64,000 bases of DNA from the IMG/VR virus record IMGVR_UViG_3300033156_000424, positions 7,121 to 71,120 of that record. One strand, written 5' to 3'. The notes under the pieces are model-generated. The model had not been told where the DNA came from. It made no database searches and worked only from the letters and a program-made list of their open reading frames with translations. Both the position numbers and the translations under genes were made by a program. Source of the DNA: a virus. Every line of letters starts with the position of its first letter. The first letter of the stretch is position 1. Positions 48,440 through 58,712 of the stretch are shown here, piece after piece.

Positions 48440-49168
48440 TTAAACGTAGGTAAATTCAATTGGAAGCCATTTCTTCTTGACATAGATGGTAACTTCTATT
48501 GGACTTCCACCAATTGGTGCTGAACTATAATCTATAGATGAAATAAAATGTTCTTCAACAATAGTGGCTGGGTCTGTAACAATCCAATCAAAAACAAATT
48601 TAAATGTAACAAGTTCTCTAAAGATGAGGTCTTGACTTAAAATATGAGAATGAAACTGTAACACTCTATCAGCTTGGTCGAATCCTCTGTTTATACTTTT
48701 TTGAAAAGACATATGTCGTACTCCCATTTTACTGAAGTCATTATTAAATATTCCTCTATATAACACATTAGCTAATGACCCGCTTATCGAATATTTTTCT
48801 CTTTCGTTTCTTGCCATGACATCAAATGTTACATCAACTTCTCCTCTTAATGTATATTTTTCTTTTCCGGCTTCTTGAAATCCAATTCCACCAACCCAGT
48901 TTATATCAAGTTTAATATTAGTTGGTTCTAATACGACAGCCGGAAGGTCGAGATTTTGGAATGGGAAATATGCATAAAAATTCACATCACTTCCAGCAGC
49001 TGCATCTGAAAACTGTATTGTTTTAAACGCATTTTGTAGATAATAGGTGATATTTGTAACAAGAGTATCAATTACCCCACCATCTCCTTTTGTATAATCT
49101 TTTATATATTTTCTTGTTAAATATCCACCCTTTGTATTAATATCAACAGAAACTTCTTTATCAACCAT
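48440..49168 (-). CDS. tail terminator / completion protein
   Basis: FP...LPAVVL; FDVMARNERE; position before sheath. Confidence 0.55.
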   Translation of the reverse strand: MVDKEVSVDINTKGGYLTRKYIKDYTKGDGGVIDTLVTNITYYLQNAFKTIQFSDAAAGSDVNFYAYFPFQNLDLPAVVLEPTNIKLDINWVGGIGFQEAGKEKYTLRGEVDVTFDVMARNEREKYSISGSLANVLYRGIFNNDFSKMGVRHMSFQKSINRGFDQADRVLQFHSHILSQDLIFRELVTFKFVFDWIVTDPATIVEEHFISSIDYSSAPIGGSPIEVTIYVKKKWLPIEFTYV

Positions 49169-49171
49169 ATG

Positions 49172-49987
49172 TTACCATCTCACTTCTTTCTTATTTATAG
49201 TTATTTGTGTAGTAGGAAATTTTATTCTACTTAAATCTTTTTGTAAATCTTCTTTTAATAAAGATGCCCACTTATCGGCGTGTTTTTCAAAAGCATACCA
49301 TACAGCAGAAGATAGATAGCCTCTTTTATATGTCTCACCAGCAAATGAATATGATAGTGTTGCATAATGATATAATCTTTCAGCTTCTTCTTTAACAATT
49401 CTTCCTTTTATCAAACCAATTTGTGCTATCCTTTTTATAAAATTTGAGATTGTTTTTGAATCTCCATGCCATGAAACTTGTCCAGTTTCAATGCTTACTA
49501 AAATTTTATTTATGACTTCCACCAAAATTTTAAAGTAAATTGTATTTACATAAATCCCACTTTTTAGTCTTCCTTTTCTCCATTCTCTATCTTGTTGTCT
49601 TTCAGTCCTCTTCTTTACACGCGTTTGTAAAGATATTGATGTTGAGTTATCAGCCCATTTTTCAGCATCATTTTCATGAAAAGAGCCCTCTTCTCGTGGA
49701 TTTCTTCCCATCGCCCTCATAAGCAGTTCAGTCATATCTTTTCTTTCAACAGATTCAGAATATTCATATCGTGTAAGAGCCAAAACATATTCATTAACAA
49801 TATCTCTTCTTATAGTTTCAATAAGGTCGTTTTTACTTGTCCCACCACTATTTTTATCGCTAAACTTACTTCCATATCTATTGAGAGATTCAGTAATCTT
49901 TTTCTTTACTTCTTTTATAAGATATGTTCTTAATTCATTAACAAAACTTCTTTTTCCTTTAAAAGAAACCTCAGCAACTACTGTCAT
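49172..49987 (-). CDS. neck / tail-completion protein
   Basis: Position; basic, GRLKSGI motif. Confidence 0.4.
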   Translation of the reverse strand: MTVVAEVSFKGKRSFVNELRTYLIKEVKKKITESLNRYGSKFSDKNSGGTSKNDLIETIRRDIVNEYVLALTRYEYSESVERKDMTELLMRAMGRNPREEGSFHENDAEKWADNSTSISLQTRVKKRTERQQDREWRKGRLKSGIYVNTIYFKILVEVINKILVSIETGQVSWHGDSKTISNFIKRIAQIGLIKGRIVKEEAERLYHYATLSYSFAGETYKRGYLSSAVWYAFEKHADKWASLLKEDLQKDLSRIKFPTTQITINKKEVRW

Positions 49988-50460
49988 TGTGTTACACTCC
50001 TAATTGTTTTAAATAGTTCAAATGATATATAAATAATCCTATTTTTTGAGCCTCTCCTTAACACCTTATTCATGACTCTATATTCAACATCTTCATAAAT
50101 AATAAAATCAGCTATCTCTATTCTATCTTTATATCTATGATGAGTAAATAACATCATATCAGCTCTTTCTGCCTCTCCACCAACAGTAACAATACTTCCA
50201 CCCCCATACATTCCATGAGGTGGTCTGTGTCTTACTATTCCTTGTATCTTGTAATCAGTTGTCGTCTTTCCGAGCCCATGACAATTTGGACAGTTTGGGT
50301 CATGTTGTCTTGTTATACTATCATAACATACACTACATGTGTCTCCAACTTTTCTATGAATTAGTTTGTTTGTACCTATATGTCTAACAGCTCTTTCAAA
50401 TTGTCTATGACTTATTATAGGTAGAAATGGATTACCTATTGAATATGGCTCGACTGACAT
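49984..50460 (-). CDS. head-closure protein with zinc finger
   Basis: CSVC and CPNCHGLG; D.IIYE..EYRV. Confidence 0.6.
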   Translation of the reverse strand: MSVEPYSIGNPFLPIISHRQFERAVRHIGTNKLIHRKVGDTCSVCYDSITRQHDPNCPNCHGLGKTTTDYKIQGIVRHRPPHGMYGGGSIVTVGGEAERADMMLFTHHRYKDRIEIADFIIYEDVEYRVMNKVLRRGSKNRIIYISFELFKTIRSVTQ

Positions 50461-50464
50461 CTAA

Positions 50465-51187
50465 TCATCCCTCATGAAAATCATCGCTTCTCGCATATAA
50501 TCGTCTTAATGTTGTATTACTCAATGGATAACCAGAGAGATAACTATATCCTCTCTCATCAGCTATTACAGCTCCAGTGTTGGCTGATAATACAAAAATA
50601 AGCTCATCCAATCTTCTTTTTATCATACCAAAGAGCTCTTGAGCAATCATTCCCTCTCCCCAGAGCTTAGTCTGTATTTCAAATTCTTCCATACGGTAGT
50701 TAAATCCAGACTGGATTGTATTACCCATATTCAAAGTAATAATACAATAATATGCAGCAAGATTATATGCTGTATATCGTGCAAGTTTGTCTAAATCTGT
50801 TGTAGGATTATCCCATTCATAATCAAAATAAACCATTTTATAAGCGAGAAATAGTTTAGCCCCATCGTAATGTGTTTGTATATCTATATCTGATAATCCT
50901 TGTTTTCTAACGTAGGAAATAAGAACTTCTGTACCAGCTGTAAGAGATGTACCAAGTATTATTTTTCCATCTTTATTATCAAACGACCCGCCAGTATAAT
51001 AATTAGTACCGGTGTGGTTTGGGTCTGATGACAACCATACCCCTATTACATCTACCGTGTCTTGATAATCTGTATATATTGTATCATTACTTGCAACTAT
51101 TCCTATCTCATCTTCTTCTGTTAAATGTTGTTGTCTTCCTATCTCACCCAAAATTTGCCTTATTGTGGCTATATCTTCAGCACTCAT
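50465..51187 (-). CDS. head-tail adaptor
   Basis: IRQILGE N-terminus, LSD.DI, LAAYY; position. Confidence 0.55.
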   Translation of the reverse strand: MSAEDIATIRQILGEIGRQQHLTEEDEIGIVASNDTIYTDYQDTVDVIGVWLSSDPNHTGTNYYTGGSFDNKDGKIILGTSLTAGTEVLISYVRKQGLSDIDIQTHYDGAKLFLAYKMVYFDYEWDNPTTDLDKLARYTAYNLAAYYCIITLNMGNTIQSGFNYRMEEFEIQTKLWGEGMIAQELFGMIKRRLDELIFVLSANTGAVIADERGYSYLSGYPLSNTTLRRLYARSDDFHEG

Positions 51188-51190
51188 TTT

Positions 51191-53554
51191 TTAAACCCCA
51201 TCATCTGGATAATCATCCCATAAAACTGTTAATTGTATAGTATATGTAGTTTTATCTACATTTTTATCTGGGAAATTATTTAATCTTAATTGATATTCAT
51301 TAAAATTGTTTGGAGATTTCGCAGATATTACACTAAAATCATCATCATAATAATAACCAAAAACATGTCCATTTTTATCTATTGTCATAACGATAGGAGA
51401 CCAATCAACAGCTGGGTCTGCACCATCAAGTTCTGATGCTTTCACACATTTTATTTCAACTATACCGTTATCTAATATAAATGTTTCTAACTCTTTATCT
51501 AATGTTACAACAACTTCTGTATTTGTAAATAATGATAACCCTATTTTAACATCTTTTGCATCCCAGATATCTGCTAAATTTAAAAAGTTATTATAAACCC
51601 TAAACGTTGCAACAGAACTTGTTTCAGTTGCAGCTATGTTTCCAAAAGATAATTTTGTTAATTCATCATATGGTGATTGGTAATCTCTTATTGTTATTAT
51701 TGGCAAGTTTTTCACCTCAGCCTCATTGAGTATATACATTTCAAAATGTCTATCAGTAATTGTCTGTGTTTGAATATTTAACTCAAAATCTCTATCAAAT
51801 ATAGATAAAACATCTATACCTAATTCGAAATCTCTATCTATAATGTTCTCTATTTGAATTCCTATATAAAAGTTTCTATCAAATATTGTTTCAATTTGAA
51901 TATTAAGTTCGAAATCTCTGTCTGTTATAGATAGAGCATCTATACCTAATTCGAAATCTCTATCTACAACTGATTCTAATTGTATATTAAGTTCGAACTC
52001 CCTATCAGTTATAAATTCAAGTTGTATTGTTAGTTCAAAATCTCTATCTATGATTGCCTCTATTTGTACATTTAATTCAAAGTCTCTATCAACTATTGTT
52101 TCAGTTGCAGCCAGTGATATATTTAACTCAAAGTCTCTATCTGTAATAGATAATAATTGAACATTTAATTCAAAATCCCTATCTATAATAGTTTCAAACT
52201 CTATACCTAATTCAAAATCTCTGTCTATAATTTCTTCAAGTTGAATAACCAACTCAAAATCTCTATCAACAATTGTTTCAACTTGAATGTTTAATTCAAA
52301 ATCTCTATCTATTATTGTTTCTGTAGCACTTAATGAAACATTTAATTCAAAATCTCTATCTGTTATTGTTTCTAATTGTACGTTTAGTTCAAAATCTCTG
52401 TCTGTGATTGACTCAAATTCTATGCCAAGTTCAAAGTCTCTATCTATTATTGTCTCAAGTTGTATGTTAAGTTCAAAATCTCTATCAACAATTGTTTCAA
52501 ATTCTATACCTAATTCGAAATCTCTATCTATAATTGTTTCAAGTTGAACAGTTAGTTCAAAATCTCTGTCTGTAATTGTCTGTATCTGTATATTTAACTC
52601 AAAGTCTCTGTCTGTAATAGTTTCAATTTGAATATTAAGTTCGAAATCTCTGTCTGTAATTGTTTGTATTTGAATGTTTAGTTCGAAGTCTCTATCAACA
52701 ATAGTTTCAGTTTGTCCAACAACATTTAACTCAAAATCTCTGTCAAAAATAGTTACAGTTTGAACATTTAATTCAAAATCTCTATCAACAATAGTTAAAG
52801 CATCTATTCCTAACTCAAAATCCCTATCAACTATTGTTTCTATTTGTATATTAAGTTCGAAATCCCTATCAATGATTGCCTCAATCTGTATATTTAATTC
52901 AAAATCTCTATCTACAATTGTTTCAAACTCAACGCCGAGTTCAAAATCTCTATCTATTATTGTTTCAAGTTGAATTGTTAATTCAAAATCTCTATCTGTA
53001 ATTGTTTCTATTTGTATATTAAGTTCGAAATCCCTATCAGTTATTGTCTCTGTTTGTCCAGCTGCTGTTGTTATAGTAGCTGTGTAAGCTCCCAAAGCGA
53101 CAGAGTTTGTTACATCATAAACTTGTAGTTCATATTCTTGGTTATCTTGAGCCCCAGAGCCAAAACCCAAAGCCCATTGTATCTCACAATATAATCCAGC
53201 TCCTACTTTATTTGGTAGGCAAGAGTTATCTCCCTCATTTTCTATACTTTCATCATTTGTTTGACATCCACCACTTGAACCTACTGGTATAGTTCCATCA
53301 ACAAGAACCGTTCCAGTTCCCCAGCAGATTTCCGTATCTGCCCCAACATCAGCAAATGTCCCTCCAGCTCTTCTCCATTGTAATTTGAATGTCGATTGAG
53401 AACCAGAATGAGCTGTATTATCTTGAACCCAAGAAGCATAAATAAATTCGGCTGTTTTATTCCATCCAGTAACTGAAGTATCACAAACAGCTTGCCAAGT
53501 TCTACTTGAATCAGCTATACGACTATTGTTCGTTGATGGTTTAACAAATCCCAT
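51191..53554 (-). CDS. virion-module protein with about 31 tandem 14-aa repeats
   Basis: ETI.DRDFELNIQI repeats between two globular domains. Confidence 0.85.
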   Translation of the reverse strand: MGFVKPSTNNSRIADSSRTWQAVCDTSVTGWNKTAEFIYASWVQDNTAHSGSQSTFKLQWRRAGGTFADVGADTEICWGTGTVLVDGTIPVGSSGGCQTNDESIENEGDNSCLPNKVGAGLYCEIQWALGFGSGAQDNQEYELQVYDVTNSVALGAYTATITTAAGQTETITDRDFELNIQIETITDRDFELTIQLETIIDRDFELGVEFETIVDRDFELNIQIEAIIDRDFELNIQIETIVDRDFELGIDALTIVDRDFELNVQTVTIFDRDFELNVVGQTETIVDRDFELNIQIQTITDRDFELNIQIETITDRDFELNIQIQTITDRDFELTVQLETIIDRDFELGIEFETIVDRDFELNIQLETIIDRDFELGIEFESITDRDFELNVQLETITDRDFELNVSLSATETIIDRDFELNIQVETIVDRDFELVIQLEEIIDRDFELGIEFETIIDRDFELNVQLLSITDRDFELNISLAATETIVDRDFELNVQIEAIIDRDFELTIQLEFITDREFELNIQLESVVDRDFELGIDALSITDRDFELNIQIETIFDRNFYIGIQIENIIDRDFELGIDVLSIFDRDFELNIQTQTITDRHFEMYILNEAEVKNLPIITIRDYQSPYDELTKLSFGNIAATETSSVATFRVYNNFLNLADIWDAKDVKIGLSLFTNTEVVVTLDKELETFILDNGIVEIKCVKASELDGADPAVDWSPIVMTIDKNGHVFGYYYDDDFSVISAKSPNNFNEYQLRLNNFPDKNVDKTTYTIQLTVLWDDYPDDGV
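51725..53052 (-). repeat. coding tandem repeat, 42-bp period (occasional 48/51-bp units)
   Basis: Recurring (T)TC(A/G)AA(A/G)TC(T/C)CT(A/G)TC on the + strand with synonymous variation. Confidence 0.9.
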
Positions 53555-54150
53555 TATTCACTCACTCCCTCCCAAGAAAGAGGAACGTATTTAATGCTTT
53601 CATAACCAGTAGGTTTTTGAATTATTTTTTTTATATCATAATTAACTAAACAAGCACTTGGAAACAGTTTTTTCCAATATTCTTCTGGTTGTATAAAATA
53701 CCCATTATCTTCATATGATTTGTCACTCATACAAATAACATGTAATTGTCTCCCTTTAAAGTTGTTCAATACTTCAGCTATTTTATTAGATTCATCATCA
53801 CCACTTACACAATCTAAAACGTTCCAAGAAACAATCCAATCTGCATCTGTAAAAACAGTATATTTTTGTAAATTAATAATATCGTCTTTTATATAGTTCT
53901 CATCAAAGATGACTCTTCTTTTATATGCATAATCACTATTATCTATGGTTGTAGATTTGATATTAAAACCAAGTAGATGTTTTGTAAGAAACCCATAAGA
54001 GCCACCTAAAACTATAACATTTTCTGCCTTTAATATATCTCTAATAAATTCTGCTCTTTTTAAAAAATGCGGATAGTCTGTATAGTTTTTATATCCTATT
54101 GTACCATCATTAAAATAAGAATCATCAAATAGTAAATTCAACATTATCAC
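53554..54150 (-). CDS. class I SAM-dependent methyltransferase
   Basis: VLGGSYGF, IDNSDYA, DWIVSWNVLD. Confidence 0.7.
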   Translation of the reverse strand: MIMLNLLFDDSYFNDGTIGYKNYTDYPHFLKRAEFIRDILKAENVIVLGGSYGFLTKHLLGFNIKSTTIDNSDYAYKRRVIFDENYIKDDIINLQKYTVFTDADWIVSWNVLDCVSGDDESNKIAEVLNNFKGRQLHVICMSDKSYEDNGYFIQPEEYWKKLFPSACLVNYDIKKIIQKPTGYESIKYVPLSWEGVSE

Positions 54151-54589
54151 GTCTCATAGTATAAATAAATAAATCTGGATAATCATCTATTATACTATCT
54201 AAATGAATGTTGAAATCCTCAAAACGGAGACCCATAGAAAAAACATTATCAGTAAATGGTTTTATCTTGTTTGTCTCATAATTTATCTCCCATCCAGTAA
54301 CATCGCCTTTATTGTTATATACACAAAAAATTAATGTTATTATATTATCTTTGCTTTTTAGGGGATGACCTTCCGGAAGTAAATCACTTCCACTTGTTGT
54401 TCTATGTACTTTTAATTGACACAGTCTTTGGGTATCATTTGCTCTTGTTATGGTAACAAAATTTCCAGCAAAAAGAATTTGTATAGATTTAACTAACTTG
54501 TGTGGTAGGTGTTGAAACTTTTTTCCTTCTGATAAAAACTTTTTTTCTGTTATAGTTTCCTTATTAATTAGTCTTACTATCCAACCCAT
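54125..54589 (-). CDS. hypothetical protein
   Basis: ORF within the late operon. Confidence 0.55.
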   Translation of the reverse strand: MGWIVRLINKETITEKKFLSEGKKFQHLPHKLVKSIQILFAGNFVTITRANDTQRLCQLKVHRTTSGSDLLPEGHPLKSKDNIITLIFCVYNNKGDVTGWEINYETNKIKPFTDNVFSMGLRFEDFNIHLDSIIDDYPDLFIYTMRRDNVEFTI

Positions 54590-54648
54590 ATTGTTTCCCC
54601 CTATGATAATTTATGGTTAATTAACATTTCGAGAATTTAAACCTTTCG

Positions 54649-55308
54649 TTAAGTAGTATAATTGTAGTAACTTATAACAAACGGATGAGCCCCACCAGAT
54701 GGGTTGTGTGGTATAAATGCATGTACAACCATTCTATTACAGTTTCCTATAGAACAAGCACTCGAAAAAGTTATCATGTTGCTTCCATATACTTGATAAG
54801 TTGATGTTGTATCTGTTTGTGTCGAATACCCAGCAGCTAAATCATTATCACTTGTAGCTGACATTGTTACATTACTTGCAGTTGCAGCTGCTCTTATCCA
54901 ACATTGTGTGCCTCCGTTCCAATCTGGGTCTTGTAAAGGTTCTCCATCTGTCGAAGCATGAGATGTTGTATTCCAAAATGTTACCTTTCCAGCCGCACTT
55001 TCAGCTGTATCGGTAATTTCTATGAAGATATAATCGTCTTTTGTTAATGTCCAAGACGGTGCTGACCCATATGTTCCAGTTGCACCTCCACCTTCATATC
55101 TTCCACACTGAGCTCCAGATGCACCATCATTTATCCAGAGTTGATTAGCAACCATATAATTACTTGCTGGTGCTTGTATGTTAGAAGCGACACCACCACT
55201 CACACCACCAGTACCGGTAAAAGCAAATTTATCAGATGCTGTACATTCTGTAGTACTAGGAGTATCAGAAGATGATGTGTTTATATAAAATTTTACTGTT
55301 GAAGCCAT
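54649..55308 (-). CDS. putative virion fibre/decoration subunit
   Basis: S/T/G/A-rich beta protein, GAGGA RBS, own TATA promoter at about 55353-55370. Confidence 0.55.
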   Translation of the reverse strand: MASTVKFYINTSSSDTPSTTECTASDKFAFTGTGGVSGGVASNIQAPASNYMVANQLWINDGASGAQCGRYEGGGATGTYGSAPSWTLTKDDYIFIEITDTAESAAGKVTFWNTTSHASTDGEPLQDPDWNGGTQCWIRAAATASNVTMSATSDNDLAAGYSTQTDTTSTYQVYGSNMITFSSACSIGNCNRMVVHAFIPHNPSGGAHPFVISYYNYTT

Positions 55309-55429
55309 TTTTTATCCTCAATCTTTATTTCTATTGAATATGTTTATGTTGAATGTATATAAGCTTTTTGGTCTTTTTATATGATGAATCTTATAGAAAG
55401 TTTTTTATAACCAACCGTCTATTTGAATA

Positions 55430-55649
55430 TATGAATGATTTCGCTAAAGCTTATGATTTGTTTTATATATATGTCTTTGAAAAAGCAATGGAAATAGAAA
55501 TGAAATCTGACATAGAATTAACAATTGAACATAAACTAACAAAAATAGATAAAAATAGTTCTGAATTTCATCTTGTACAAAAAACATTAGATTCTATAAG
55601 AAAAAATAGGATAGAATTATTTAATTTATTAAGAATAAAAAAAGAATAA
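55430..55649 (+). CDS. small protein oriented against the late operon (start approximate)
   Basis: GAAAG-TTTTTTATAA promoter-like element at about 55396-55410 before MNDFAK. Confidence 0.45.
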
Positions 55650-55669
55650 AAAAGATAAAAATATTATTC

Positions 55670-56626
55670 TTACTGGAAGTTTGTTGGATTACTAACTGTC
55701 AAGCCATCTAATTTCACAGCTGCAGCTGGTCTAATAACCGCACACCCAACTCTCTCGAACATGGTTATTGTCCTCATATCTCGTAGATTGTCTGGTATTT
55801 CATTGATACCAAGAGGGCGTAACTCGTAAAACGCAGAGTATTCACTCTTTTGTAGAAATATCATTTCATCATTTGGAATAGAAGCATCAACAACAACATT
55901 ATATCTTGAAAGTCCATATGGTGCTCTTTCTCCTTCGAGCATTCTCTGCCCAAGAGGAGTAATCACGTTTGACCAATATCCATTCGAGTCTTGGAACTGT
56001 TGTAATTTCTGTACTTGGGTATATTGTGATGGATGCATAATAACTGTATCTGGATTAAATCCTTCATCTTCGAGAACTTGCAAAGCAACTTGAATTTTCT
56101 CGTGGGTTATATTAGCATCATCTGGTGTCCATACAGAAGCTTTACTCGCATCTATAATATGTGAAGCATATTTTTCTCCCTTTTTATTTGCTGTACCATC
56201 TGCAACTCCAGCTGAAAGAACACTGAAAATGTATTGATTTTCCTTTCTTGCAATAGCTTGTGTGGTTCTTGCAACATGTCGAGCAACTAAATCAAGAGCT
56301 GCGTCTTCAATGACCTCGTTTGAAAACTCTAATGCAGCTCCAATCTTGAGCATACGCAATGTTTTCTTACTGTATCTCAATCTATTTCTTGGGGGTTCTT
56401 CACCCTCAGCTAAAATAGCTGCATCAAGTCCTCTCTCATCCAACCAAGAGATGATTGGACTGTTTGCTTGAAATACATTTGTCACTGTACGACCTTTGAG
56501 TTCTGGCTCAAAGTAGGTCATTATTGCCTCATTCATAATTTCTGGAACAAATAATGAGAAGTCTCCAACATTAATCATCTGTTCGATGAGTTGTCTTTTT
56601 TCGTAATTTGATAACATCATAACCAC
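55670..56626 (-). CDS. major capsid protein, HK97 fold
   Basis: AEGEE.P, KIGAALEFSNEVIED, IARKEN, PDTVIMHP, ERVG.AV.RP.A. Confidence 0.9.
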   Translation of the reverse strand: MVMMLSNYEKRQLIEQMINVGDFSLFVPEIMNEAIMTYFEPELKGRTVTNVFQANSPIISWLDERGLDAAILAEGEEPPRNRLRYSKKTLRMLKIGAALEFSNEVIEDAALDLVARHVARTTQAIARKENQYIFSVLSAGVADGTANKKGEKYASHIIDASKASVWTPDDANITHEKIQVALQVLEDEGFNPDTVIMHPSQYTQVQKLQQFQDSNGYWSNVITPLGQRMLEGERAPYGLSRYNVVVDASIPNDEMIFLQKSEYSAFYELRPLGINEIPDNLRDMRTITMFERVGCAVIRPAAAVKLDGLTVSNPTNFQ

Positions 56627-56627
56627 C

Positions 56628-57266
56628 TTACCACCTATCTGGGGTCAATATGACCAACACATACTTATCAGTTCCATCATCATATGTACCAACTGTAATA
56701 CCTATAGTAATCTCATTCACTCTATCTGTCCCAAGCTCAACATATCCATCTGTGTTTGTTGAAGGGACTACACCAACACCTATCGCTGGAAGTGTTCCAC
56801 CATAGAAATGACACCAAACCATTCCTTCTCTGACATAAGATGCTTTTCTTACGTCTGCACCACCATAGATAGAATCATATGTATAATCTGTAACATCTAC
56901 GGTTGAACTCCATCTGTCTCCATAGTCTATAGGCATAGAACTTGTAGCTACACCTAAAATCTTCAATGCTTCTAAAGCCCCAGTTCCAGAAATAGCTTCT
57001 GCGTCTCCACTAACATCTGAAATTACTTTTATCCCATTTGTAGTAACATCTGCGGCTTTTAACACTTGAATTGTATGCTCTGGTTTGATGTGTTCAGAAC
57101 CCGACCCAGTAGGAGTGTTTAAATCTTTTATTTCTTGAAAACCAACAGCAGCCACAACTAATCCAGCAGTGATTGTCTCACTTGTTGCAACATGTCCGCC
57201 ATATTGAGGACCGCGTTTATATACAACTGTCGGTATAGAGGGGACTAAACTTTTATATAGACTCAT
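56628..57266 (-). CDS. capsid decoration/cement protein
   Basis: Between scaffold and capsid genes; TITAG.VV, ILGVA, IGIT. Confidence 0.55.
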   Translation of the reverse strand: MSLYKSLVPSIPTVVYKRGPQYGGHVATSETITAGLVVAAVGFQEIKDLNTPTGSGSEHIKPEHTIQVLKAADVTTNGIKVISDVSGDAEAISGTGALEALKILGVATSSMPIDYGDRWSSTVDVTDYTYDSIYGGADVRKASYVREGMVWCHFYGGTLPAIGVGVVPSTNTDGYVELGTDRVNEITIGITVGTYDDGTDKYVLVILTPDRW

Positions 57267-57268
57267 CT

Positions 57269-57772
57269 TTATTCACCTTTATCTCCTATAAGTATCTCGT
57301 TTATATTATACACTGGTTTCCTCATCATTTGTTGAACCTTTTTCACAGCAGTCTCACTTGGCTCTGGAAAACCAAAAAGTTCTCTCAAAACAGCTTTAGA
57401 TTTCTCTTTTCTTGACTGCTCAATAATAGGCTTACCAACAATTGTTTGAGAAGTTGGTACAATTTTCACATCCTCTTTTGGTACCTTCACACCAGAAAGT
57501 ACGACCAGAGAAGAATCTAATTCTTCGTCAGAAAACTGTTCAAGCGTCTCTCTTTTCATATCAGAGATTTGCATAATCTTTACGATTTTTTGCTCTCTTT
57601 CTTCAGCTTTTTTCTGCTCAATAAATTTGCCTTGTTCTTCGGCAATCTTTTTGAGCTCTTCGTTTTCTTTCGAATACTTTTCAAGTGCTGATTGTAAAAC
57701 CTTTAATTCTTTTTCAAAATCCTTTTGCTGTTCATTTTTCACAGCATTTGGTTTAATATTTTCGGCACTCAT
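57269..57772 (-). CDS. nested in-frame scaffold protein
   Basis: Internal BRE+TATA (CGAAAAG-TTTATAAA, 57804-57818) and GTGA RBS before MSAENIK. Confidence 0.6.
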   Translation of the reverse strand: MSAENIKPNAVKNEQQKDFEKELKVLQSALEKYSKENEELKKIAEEQGKFIEQKKAEEREQKIVKIMQISDMKRETLEQFSDEELDSSLVVLSGVKVPKEDVKIVPTSQTIVGKPIIEQSRKEKSKAVLRELFGFPEPSETAVKKVQQMMRKPVYNINEILIGDKGE

Positions 57773-58660
57773 TTTTAAATCACTTTTATCTTTATTGTCT
57801 ATGTTTATAAACTTTTCGGAACTTTCTTCATCATCTATATCATTTTGCTCTGTTTCTATACCGCATTTTTTGGCTGCACTTCTGAGCTTACTTATCGCTG
57901 AAGAAGGAGCTCCACCTTTAACCTTATTTGCGAGACGAAGAGCATCTCTCACCCATGAACAATTTACCTTTCCATTCTTATCTTTATAGGGAAGTTTTCT
58001 CTGTTCTGGCATAGCAAATGAGCTGTCTGGGAGGTTTTTCCTCTCAGCATATGATGGACCAAATTCGAGTTCTCGTTTGAGGTCGTTAATGCTCTGTGCG
58101 AGACCGTAAAATCCGGTTATTTTAGCATTTGTATCTGCTGGGAATCCAGTTAGACTGAGTTCTTTTAAATGAAAATCATTTATTAATCCAACAGCTATCT
58201 TCCCATCATATTTACTCCCGAGACGGTGATGACATTCTACCGCCTCCTCTCCACAAATAGAACACGTAATACTATTAGCATATCCACCAACACTAACAGC
58301 ATCTACATCACCTCTTTTTACAGCTATATGTATTTTTGATGGATGATGTGGGTTGATATCTATACCAAAAGCAACGCCTTCTGGAACTCTATCAAAATTT
58401 TTCACTTGTCCAACAATTCTAAAAGAATCATACTCGTGGTCTACGAGAGCTTTAGCACCAATCCAATTTTCTTTTTTTGTCGCAACATCAAGGGCATTCT
58501 CGGTAAAACGCATGTATTTTGTATTAACCTTATTAGAAACAGCAAGACCGGTTATAAGAACACTGTCCTCATTAACATCTGTCAGTTCCAAATCCACTTT
58601 TTCTCTGAATTCTATTTTATATGGTTTGCCTTCTGCAAACTCAATTTTATAAGGTTGCAT
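57269..58660 (-). CDS. prohead protease fused to scaffold
   Basis: LVDH, VGQV, VSVG, CSICG...C.H, ELSL..FPAD; coiled-coil C-terminus; promoter CGAAATAC-TTAAATA at about 58690-58704 supports the start at MQPYK. Confidence 0.85.
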   Translation of the reverse strand: MQPYKIEFAEGKPYKIEFREKVDLELTDVNEDSVLITGLAVSNKVNTKYMRFTENALDVATKKENWIGAKALVDHEYDSFRIVGQVKNFDRVPEGVAFGIDINPHHPSKIHIAVKRGDVDAVSVGGYANSITCSICGEEAVECHHRLGSKYDGKIAVGLINDFHLKELSLTGFPADTNAKITGFYGLAQSINDLKRELEFGPSYAERKNLPDSSFAMPEQRKLPYKDKNGKVNCSWVRDALRLANKVKGGAPSSAISKLRSAAKKCGIETEQNDIDDEESSEKFINIDNKDKSDLKMSAENIKPNAVKNEQQKDFEKELKVLQSALEKYSKENEELKKIAEEQGKFIEQKKAEEREQKIVKIMQISDMKRETLEQFSDEELDSSLVVLSGVKVPKEDVKIVPTSQTIVGKPIIEQSRKEKSKAVLRELFGFPEPSETAVKKVQQMMRKPVYNINEILIGDKGE

Positions 58661-58712
58661 ATGTATCACTTGTATGATTGTGAGAGAGCTATTTAAGTAT
58701 TTCGCTAATTTT

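Noticed and set aside
51725-53052. CRISPR array or DGR template/variable repeats
   Set aside because: In-frame coding repeats with synonymous variation; no spacers and no reverse transcriptase in the window.
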